A stretch of 64,000 bases of DNA from Candidatus Latescibacterota bacterium (GTDB taxonomy: Bacteria > Latescibacterota > UBA2968), in NCBI GenBank assembly GCA_965207885.1, contig OZ242311.1:2432001-2496000 (forward strand). Reading direction: 5' to 3'. This document shows positions 56,852-64,000 of this stretch, piece after piece. Position 1 is the first letter of the stretch. Each line of letters opens with the position of its first letter. The translations under genes and the position numbers were made by a program. The notes beneath the pieces are model-generated. The model was not told the origin of the DNA. It did not search any database and saw nothing but the letters and a program-made list of their open reading frames with translations.

Positions 56852-58006
56852 ATGGGCCGTTTGTTTACGTCGGAATCAGTTTCTGAAGGGCATCCAGATA
56901 AGGTGGCGGATCAAATTTCGGATGCGGTGCTCGATGCCATGTTGAAGCAAGATCCCAAATCCAGGGTGGCTTGTGAAACGCTGGTGACAACCGGGCTTGT
57001 GGTAGTCGCAGGGGAAGTGACGAGCGAGGCTACCGTGGATCTTCAGTCGCTGGTGCGCGGCGTGATTAAAGATATTGGCTATACGGATTCGAGCTATGGA
57101 TTTGATTACAAAAGTTGTGAGATACTGGTGAAATTAGATCCCCAATCGCCCAATATTTCGCAGGGGGTAACGGAGGGAGAGGGATTGCACAAAGAGCCGG
57201 GGGCGGGCGATCAGGGGATGATGTTTGGATATGCGTGTCGAGAAACACCAGAATTGATGCCGTTGCCCATTATCCTGTCTCACAAATTGGTAGCAGAACT
57301 CGCGCAAATTCGGAAAGATAAAGGGCTTTCGTATTTGCGTCCCGATAGCAAATCGCAGGTGACAGTGGAATACGATGGGGACGAGCCGGTTCGCGTTCAC
57401 ACGGTGGTGGTTTCGACACAGCACGATGAAGACGTATCGCACGAGCAGATTGTAAAGGATGTGAAAGAGAAGGTGATCCGCGAGGTGGTGCCCACGCATC
57501 TTTTGGATGGGGATACGATTTATCACGTCAACCCAACCGGAGAATTTGTGGTGGGTGGGCCATATGGCGATTGCGGATTGACCGGGCGAAAAATTATTGT
57601 GGATACGTACGGTGGGATGGGGCGTCACGGCGGCGGGGCGTTTTCCGGCAAAGATCCGACCAAGGTGGATCGCAGCGGGCATTATGCGGCGCGCTGGGTC
57701 GCTAAAAATGTCGTTGCAGCGGGCCTCGCGTCTCAATGCGAAGTGCAACTGGCTTACGCTATTGGGGTGGCAAAACCCGTTTCGGTCGCCGTAGATACGT
57801 TTGGCACGGGCAAGATTGAGGAATCAAAGATCGTTGATCTGATTGACGATCACTTTGATCTGACGCCCTCTGGCATTATTGCAGCACTCGATTTGACCAG
57901 GCCTGTGTATCGTTCTACAGCCGCTTATGGTCATTTTGGACGCGGAGAATTTACATGGGAGCAGACGGGTAAAGCCAGTGTGATAAAAAAAGCCGCGGGG
58001 CTGTAA
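56852..58006 (+). CDS. metK: S-adenosylmethionine synthetase
   Basis: [36 protein letters not shown]. Confidence 0.97.
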   Translation: MGRLFTSESVSEGHPDKVADQISDAVLDAMLKQDPKSRVACETLVTTGLVVVAGEVTSEATVDLQSLVRGVIKDIGYTDSSYGFDYKSCEILVKLDPQSPNISQGVTEGEGLHKEPGAGDQGMMFGYACRETPELMPLPIILSHKLVAELAQIRKDKGLSYLRPDSKSQVTVEYDGDEPVRVHTVVVSTQHDEDVSHEQIVKDVKEKVIREVVPTHLLDGDTIYHVNPTGEFVVGGPYGDCGLTGRKIIVDTYGGMGRHGGGAFSGKDPTKVDRSGHYAARWVAKNVVAAGLASQCEVQLAYAIGVAKPVSVAVDTFGTGKIEESKIVDLIDDHFDLTPSGIIAALDLTRPVYRSTAAYGHFGRGEFTWEQTGKASVIKKAAGL

Positions 58007-58038
58007 TATTTTCAATATCATCCTGCCAATTCTTTTTT

Positions 58039-58067
58039 AGCGCGGAATTCACTTCCGCGCTTTTTTT
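58039..58067 (+). terminator. Intrinsic terminator
   Basis: AGCGCGGAA-TTCAC-TTCCGCGCT followed by T-tract. Confidence 0.75.
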
Positions 58068-58087
58068 ATTTCGCGTAAATAGCGTTC

Positions 58088-59449
58088 TCATCTTTCAAGA
58101 TCGTATTGTTTTATTTTTTTGTGCAAGTTGGTGCGTTCGATGCCCAGGGCATTGGATGCGCGTGTGACATTGCCTTTGTGTCGCTCCAGTGCTTCGGCAA
58201 TGTAGTGCCGCTCAACGGCCTCCCGCACCTGACGAAGTGTTTTTCCCGTGCCGAAATCCGGGAAAGAACCGGGTTGTCTTGGAATGGACATACCATCTAA
58301 AGTGGGCAGGTCTTCGGGGTATATGGTGTCTCCTGAAACCATAATTGAGAGGCGTTCAACCAGATTTTTCAGTTCGCGGATGTTGCCGGGCCAGTCGTAT
58401 TGCAAGAGTAGATCCCGCGCTTCTGCCGATAGTGCTTTGGGTAAAAATCCATTTTCTTCGGCATAGGCGTTGAGGAAGTGTTCGGCCAGCGCGGGGATGT
58501 CTTCGCGGCGCTCCCGCAAGGGCGGCGCTGTCAATGGTATCACATTCAGACGAAAGTAGAGGTCTTCTCGAAATTTGCCCTGTTCGACTTCGGCGTGCAA
58601 GTTTTTGTTTGTCGCAGCGATGACGCGCACATCTACCCGAAAGGTTTTGGCGCCGCCTACCCGTTCAAATTCACCCTGCTCAAGCGCGCGTAAAACCTTG
58701 GCCTGTACCGACAGACTCATGTCGCCGATTTCATCGAGAAATAATGTCCCTCTATCGGCCTGGAGGAATTTGCCATCGCGCGTTTTGACTGCGCCGGTAA
58801 ATGCGCCTCGATCACTTCCAAACAATTCGCTTTCAATGAGTTCTTCGGGAATGGCAGCACAGTTTACTTTAATAAAGGAATTTTTCGCTCTGTGACTCAT
58901 TTTGTGAACAGCGCGGGCAATGAGTTCTTTGCCTGTGCCGCTTTCTCCGAGGATGAGGACGCGCCCATTGGTGGGGGCAACGCGCGCGATCTGGTTGCGA
59001 ATTTCAGTCAGGGCAGGACTTTGCCCCACCATTTCGTAGCGTCCCTCAATTTGTTGCTTGAGGTGGCGATTTTCCGCGGCGAGTTCCCGCGTTTGAAGGG
59101 CGCGAGAAATCGCCAGGAGCACTTTGTCGCGATCGAGCGGTTTTTCCAGGAAATCATAAGCTCCTCGTTTGATGGCGAGAACTGCGTTTTGCACATTGCC
59201 GTGTCCCGAAATCATGATGACTGCCAGATTGGGGCGTACTTCGAGGAGTTTGGGCAACAGGTCAAGTCCGTTGATTTCTGGCATAACAATGTCGAGCAAG
59301 ACCAGGTGAATGCGTTCTTTTTGGAGTATGTCAAGACCCGCTTTTGCCGAGGCACAGGTGAAGACCTGATAGCCTTCACCCGATAGTATCATGTCTAAGG
59401 TTCGACGGATATTTCTTTCGTCGTCAATAATGAGAATATTTTGGTTCAT
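58088..59449 (-). CDS. Sigma54-dependent response regulator (NtrX/NtrC-like)
   Basis: Receiver domain, GESGTGKE, GAFTGA, WPGNIREL, Fis-type HTH. Confidence 0.92.
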   Translation of the reverse strand: MNQNILIIDDERNIRRTLDMILSGEGYQVFTCASAKAGLDILQKERIHLVLLDIVMPEINGLDLLPKLLEVRPNLAVIMISGHGNVQNAVLAIKRGAYDFLEKPLDRDKVLLAISRALQTRELAAENRHLKQQIEGRYEMVGQSPALTEIRNQIARVAPTNGRVLILGESGTGKELIARAVHKMSHRAKNSFIKVNCAAIPEELIESELFGSDRGAFTGAVKTRDGKFLQADRGTLFLDEIGDMSLSVQAKVLRALEQGEFERVGGAKTFRVDVRVIAATNKNLHAEVEQGKFREDLYFRLNVIPLTAPPLRERREDIPALAEHFLNAYAEENGFLPKALSAEARDLLLQYDWPGNIRELKNLVERLSIMVSGDTIYPEDLPTLDGMSIPRQPGSFPDFGTGKTLRQVREAVERHYIAEALERHKGNVTRASNALGIERTNLHKKIKQYDLER

Positions 59450-60888
59450 CGCTGTTCCTCCGGTTGCGCTATGGCTCGGTCGGGAATGGGGAGTTGAAGG
59501 TCGAATTGCGCGCCCCCCATAGGGGCATCTTTGACCGAGATGTGTCCTCCGTGATCTTCAATGATGTTGTGTACTACGGCAAGGCCCAGGCCCATACCGC
59601 TTTCTTTTGTGGAAACATAAGGTTGGAAGATGCGCACGCGGTCTTTTAAGGGCACGCCCGGTCCGCTGTCAATTACGGACAGTGTAGCCGTGTCGTCAGA
59701 CGTGCGCGTGCGTATCTCGATCTGGCCGTTTTTGCCAGAGGCGTCAAGACTATTTTCTATAAGATTAATCAGCACCCGACGCATCTGCTCGGTGTCTAGT
59801 TCGAGCGCGGGCGGATTTTCCTCCAGGTCGAGGTGAATGCGAGCATCCGGGTAGAGGCGAACGACATTGTGTACACACTCATTGAGGTCGCTGGAGGACA
59901 GAGAGAGAGATGGCATGCGGGCAAAGTTGGCAAATTCTTGAACCAGAGATCTGAGATTTTCGACTTCTTCTGTGACGATTTCCGTGCAGTTGGTTACAAA
60001 TTGTTGATACGCGGGATCATTGCCAGAATATTTGTCGCGCATTTGCTGCACGGCAAGTTGAATGGGCGTTAACGGATTTTTTATTTCGTGAGCCAGGCGC
60101 CGAGCAATTTCTCGCCAGGCTGCAATTTGCTCGGCTTCGAGTCGTTTGCGTCTGTTTTCTACAAGGTCTTGCGCCATCTGGTTAAAGGATTCGATGAGTA
60201 AGCCGATCTCGTCATTTCTGCCTTTGGGGATGCGGTATTGCAGGTTGTCGCGTCCCATTTCTCGCGTGCCTTTAAGCAGTGCGTTAAGCGGGCGCGTGAT
60301 CCCAAAGCCAATGCGAACGCCAATCACAGATGCCAGAAGGACAACGCCTGCTGCGGCGACGAGAAAGGCGAGTAGAAATGCAGTGCGCAGATCGCCTTCC
60401 GCCATTTCAATATGTTTGTACGTATGTACGGCATTTTTGACACTGATGAGCGCCTCGAGTGATAGCAGGGCAGTTAGTGCGCGTTGCGAATCGGGAAGTG
60501 CGAGTACCAGTTGAAGCTGGTCGTTTTCTACTTTGGAGACCGCGGGACCTTGCGAAAGGTCTGTGTCAATCTGTTCGAGAGGCGAAACACGCAGGGTTAG
60601 ATTGTCGAGACCGGCATCTGCAAACGCGGCGTGTAAGGCATTGAGGTCGCGGTGAGGCGGTGCAGACAAAAGCTGTCCAATGTCCTGAAGTTGTCGTTTT
60701 TTGGCGTCGTAGTTCTCTTTTGCCAGAGCAAGCGCACTGGTCAGCGCACTGCCCATCTCGAGATTGACGTTGGTCTGAAGGCTCAGCGCCAAAAAGTGTC
60801 GTGCGAGTAGCGCGAGTATGAGCGTGGTGCCCAATGCCAGACCAATCAGGGAGGCGATGATGCGCCAGCGCAAGGGAATAGATCTCAT
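59446..60888 (-). CDS. HAMP sensor histidine kinase (NtrY-like)
   Basis: Two TM helices, HAMP, AWREIARRLAHEIKNPLTPI, GMGLGL. Confidence 0.9.
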   Translation of the reverse strand: MRSIPLRWRIIASLIGLALGTTLILALLARHFLALSLQTNVNLEMGSALTSALALAKENYDAKKRQLQDIGQLLSAPPHRDLNALHAAFADAGLDNLTLRVSPLEQIDTDLSQGPAVSKVENDQLQLVLALPDSQRALTALLSLEALISVKNAVHTYKHIEMAEGDLRTAFLLAFLVAAAGVVLLASVIGVRIGFGITRPLNALLKGTREMGRDNLQYRIPKGRNDEIGLLIESFNQMAQDLVENRRKRLEAEQIAAWREIARRLAHEIKNPLTPIQLAVQQMRDKYSGNDPAYQQFVTNCTEIVTEEVENLRSLVQEFANFARMPSLSLSSSDLNECVHNVVRLYPDARIHLDLEENPPALELDTEQMRRVLINLIENSLDASGKNGQIEIRTRTSDDTATLSVIDSGPGVPLKDRVRIFQPYVSTKESGMGLGLAVVHNIIEDHGGHISVKDAPMGGAQFDLQLPIPDRAIAQPEEQR

Positions 60889-60914
60889 GGTTGTGTCTCC
60901 AGGCAGAATGTTAT

Positions 60915-61523
60915 TCAGTCAAGAAGATATGGGAGCGCGCTGGGGCGAAATCTGAACAGGTCAATCCATTCAGGAGATGTGGATCTGTCCAGGGTGAAAA
61001 AGAATTCGAGAAAGCTGCCTTTTTCGATTATCTTGAGCCATTGTCGCGTGCGTTCTCGTTGCTCGGGCGAGATCGGGTTTACGTCTATCCGCACCTGCAA
61101 AGTGATAGGCTCGTCGGGAAAGGGAAGCTGAGCCAGTGCGACGCCCTGAAGGTCAGAACACGCGTGTCGAATGTCTTCAAAATGAGACGTAATCTGCGTG
61201 TCTGGTCGTGCGGATTGCCGGATGAGGCGATATTGCCCTTCCCAGATGTCGTGTTCCAAACGCCTGAGCAAGCTGCTTTGTCCCAGATTATCTCCGCGGC
61301 CTGTCCGCAGGCGAAATTGCACGGCGATAGATGTCGTCATGCCCGATTCAATGGCGTCAATGGCCCGTTTTGAAAAGAGAGAATCGATGGTTGCATCGAG
61401 GCGCAGGGTGTCGGCTTGTACATAAATATAAAGACTGTCTTGCGGTATGTGTTGTGCAAGTACGGGTTGCATGCTGGCAAGCGTGCAAACTGTGAGTGTC
61501 TGGATGATGAAGAACCGGGCCAT
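60915..61523 (-). CDS. DUF4390-like exported protein
   Basis: Signal peptide, AIESG motif; usual position upstream of NtrYX-like pairs. Confidence 0.6.
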   Translation of the reverse strand: MARFFIIQTLTVCTLASMQPVLAQHIPQDSLYIYVQADTLRLDATIDSLFSKRAIDAIESGMTTSIAVQFRLRTGRGDNLGQSSLLRRLEHDIWEGQYRLIRQSARPDTQITSHFEDIRHACSDLQGVALAQLPFPDEPITLQVRIDVNPISPEQRERTRQWLKIIEKGSFLEFFFTLDRSTSPEWIDLFRFRPSALPYLLD

Positions 61524-61530
61524 CTCGTCC

Positions 61531-62799
61531 TCACAGACCAATTTTGACGCCGGCAAAGCGATGTGATTTTACGATGAGTGTTCCCGTGCTGATTCCATAG
61601 CTGATATCTACGCGGTTAAAGAGCAGCATGCCCACGCCAAAAGCGAAGTCGGCATCTCGCCGACTTTTGCTATTTACAGAGCGATGTACACCGCCGCTTT
61701 CGGCAAAGGCATATACCCGCCCCAGGGTTTTGAGATCGATGGCATAGAGGGCTTCAGCCGCAAAAAACAAGGTGCCGCCTTCTGGCCCAATAACGCGGCG
61801 TTCTATACCTCTGAGTTGATTATTCCCATCGAGATAAAAGCGTTCGTAAAAGGGCGGACTTCCCCAGGTGCCCCCTGTTTTGACGCCGAGTGAGAAGATG
61901 TGTCCTGCGGTAACTTGCTGGTGCCGATAGAGTTCCGTGCGAAGTTTGATATAATTTGCAACTGATCCCAAAAGTTTGGAAGATAGTGTAAGTCGGGCGT
62001 TAAAATCCGTGCCTTGTCTCCAGATTGCGCTCACGGGTTGTTTGAACAGGTTAAAAGAAAGTGTGGAGAGAGCTTCCCGCCCTACGGCAGCTTTAATTTC
62101 ATTGGCGAAGATCCCACCGCCCGTGGGGATGGAAGGGTGTTGAAAGTCGCCGATTTGTATGGCTTCAAAAGCGTATTTTAAGACGAAATGGTAGGCGCGC
62201 AGGGGAGAGGGTTGACCAAAACCCATGGCAAATCCGATGCGTTCGAGATCGTAGCGCCCTCTGATATCGGGGTTTCGATCGCGAAAGATGTCGCGGTCTG
62301 CAGAAGACCCCGTTACTTGAATGTGAAATGCCTGATTGGTTTTGAGAAAGAGCGGATCGCTATAGTGAAACCCCCAGTATTTGAAGCGTTCTCCCAAACC
62401 GTATTCTACGCCGACTAATTTTCCTTCGCCACGCAGATTGGCATAATGCGCATTTGCGGACGCGCCAAAGCCATCGAGTTCGGAATATTCAAGGCTCATG
62501 CCCAGGTCGCCGAAACGCTTTTCCTGTACATAGACCACGAGAATGGCTTTGCCTTTTTCTGCACCGGGCTTGACATTGACATATGCAGTTCGGAAAAGTA
62601 GCAATCGCTCGAGGATTACGCGGCAGCGGTCGATGTCCCCTTCGTGCAGGTTATCCCCCACTTTTATGGGTAAGACCCGGCGAATGATTTCAACACGGGT
62701 TTTTTCATTGCCGCGCACTTCAATCTTTTCTATTTCATGCCCAATTTGTCCCAGGGCAGGGGTGGCAAACAGGCAGAGCAGGATGAGGTATTTGTACAT
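61531..62799 (-). CDS. Omp85/BamA-TamA family outer-membrane protein with a single POTRA
   Basis: Signal peptide, IEVRGNEKTR POTRA, ERFYLDG..LRG barrel motif. Confidence 0.75.
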   Translation of the reverse strand: MYKYLILLCLFATPALGQIGHEIEKIEVRGNEKTRVEIIRRVLPIKVGDNLHEGDIDRCRVILERLLLFRTAYVNVKPGAEKGKAILVVYVQEKRFGDLGMSLEYSELDGFGASANAHYANLRGEGKLVGVEYGLGERFKYWGFHYSDPLFLKTNQAFHIQVTGSSADRDIFRDRNPDIRGRYDLERIGFAMGFGQPSPLRAYHFVLKYAFEAIQIGDFQHPSIPTGGGIFANEIKAAVGREALSTLSFNLFKQPVSAIWRQGTDFNARLTLSSKLLGSVANYIKLRTELYRHQQVTAGHIFSLGVKTGGTWGSPPFYERFYLDGNNQLRGIERRVIGPEGGTLFFAAEALYAIDLKTLGRVYAFAESGGVHRSVNSKSRRDADFAFGVGMLLFNRVDISYGISTGTLIVKSHRFAGVKIGL

Positions 62800-63006
62800 G
62801 ATGGTAGCACTCGTGTGGTTTTTAGATACAAGTATGCAAAAACCGTGCCCGTTTCGTGAAACTTTTCGGTATAGAAATAAAATTTGGAAAAATAAGAAGT
62901 TGTGCGTATATCTAATGTCTGAAACCCGATATGCGTTGTGTGAAACAATACGACATGTGTATCTTTTTTGCAACAGGATTGCGGAATAACATTCTGGAGG
63001 GTGTAA

Positions 63007-63855
63007 ATGATGTCGGTTTCTCGTATTCTCGAAAAACTCAAGCGCGATGGGTTTTACGTGGTTGGAAATGTGATTCCCGAAGATGAGGTGGATACCGTGC
63101 GGCAAGCCATAGTGGCAGCACAGGCGCAAAAACACGCAGAGTCAGAGGCGGCACTGGCAGCAACCCGGGCGAAGGGACATCGCGTTGGCGCAGAGGGTGT
63201 GGCGAGTTTGCGGCAGGTGATTAATGAGACGCAGATTTTCGCACCTTATCTGGCAAGTCGAAAGATGATGGATGTGGTGGATGCGCTGTTTGGACCTTAT
63301 GCGCGCGTTTCTTGCACGGATTGTGTGATCAATTATCCGGGCAATGAAAGGGGGTACTGGCACGCGGATTGGCCGTATAATGCGACCAATGCGTCGCATG
63401 TTCCCGCGCCGTATCCCGATGCATTATTGCATTTGTCGTCTATCTGGATGTTGACGGCGTTTAATGAGGAAAATGGCGGGACATTTCTCGTGCCGGGCAG
63501 TCATCGATGGCTCGATAACCCGGCGGCAGGTGGGATGGACGATGTGGATCAGGATGCGCCGTATCCCTCCGAGATGCAGGTGAAGGGCGCAGCGGGCAGT
63601 GTGCTGATTTACGATAGTCGATTGTGGCATGCAGTGGCATCAAATCAGAGTGACCAACCGCGCGTGGCTTTGATTGTGCGCTATGCCCCGTGGTGGTTGA
63701 ATTTGAATCCGTCGCATATTGGCAAACCCGAGCACGAGATGATGGTGGTGGAGACAGGTGGCAAGAATTACGAATCTATACCATTGCAAAAGGAGGTGTA
63801 CGACGGGTTGCCGGAAGATGTGAAGCCTTTGTACCGTCACTGGGTTGAACAATAG
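63007..63855 (+). CDS. PhyH-family dioxygenase
   Basis: DGFYVV, WHADWP, NGGTFLVPGSH, DSRLWHA..N...PR. Confidence 0.88.
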   Translation: MMSVSRILEKLKRDGFYVVGNVIPEDEVDTVRQAIVAAQAQKHAESEAALAATRAKGHRVGAEGVASLRQVINETQIFAPYLASRKMMDVVDALFGPYARVSCTDCVINYPGNERGYWHADWPYNATNASHVPAPYPDALLHLSSIWMLTAFNEENGGTFLVPGSHRWLDNPAAGGMDDVDQDAPYPSEMQVKGAAGSVLIYDSRLWHAVASNQSDQPRVALIVRYAPWWLNLNPSHIGKPEHEMMVVETGGKNYESIPLQKEVYDGLPEDVKPLYRHWVEQ

Positions 63856-63883
63856 TTTGAAGTTACAGTAATGGAGACTCGAT

Positions 63884-64000
63884 ATGACGCCAGAGCAAAA
63901 GTATTTCTTCGATTTGACGGGATATTTGCACTTAGAGGGCGTGGTGACAGGAGATGCGTTGGCACAAGCGCAAGCAGCGGCTGATCGGTATATGCAAGTG
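63884..64000 (+). CDS. PhyH-like protein, 5' part (runs off window)
   Basis: GGAG RBS; MTPEQKYFFDLTGYLHLEGV. Confidence 0.7.
   Translation, partial: MTPEQKYFFDLTGYLHLEGVVTGDALAQAQAAADRYMQV

Overview
Bacterial chromosomal window of about 50% GC. The host is a diderm (TonB, BamA-like, group II GGGP synthase, large Alu-type SRP RNA). Seven PhyH-type dioxygenases, a sulfatase, BNR/sialidase-like proteins and a secreted NHL-like repeat protein resemble FCB-group marine or sponge symbionts such as Latescibacterota; this taxonomy is inferred, not proven. Layout: 1-2 kb, sulfur-carrier/Rrf2/cysK cluster and rpsT. 2-31.6 kb, accessory catabolic region (BlaI-M56/DUF4837-TonB module, xylA, sulfatase, GH117 plus anhydro-galactonate cycloisomerase, tandem PhyH duplication). 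About 31.6-37.7 kb, degraded lower-GC island 3' of tRNA-Asn (Fic, antitoxin/Doc, recombinase remnant with an att-like palindrome, two tandem attenuator-like RNA structures, a three-gene unknown operon). 37.9-58 kb, housekeeping run (rpiB-like, tadA, tRNA-Ser x2, tRNA-Ala, ffs, dnaX-ybaB-recR-pgsA-pgpA-thpR-recA, inserted repeat protein, recX-alaS-GGGPS-pfkB-ptsH-ptsI-metK). 58-64 kb, BamA-like/DUF4390/NtrYX-like operon and more PhyH genes. No CRISPR array or rRNA seen. All family calls come from motif recognition by eye, without database searches.
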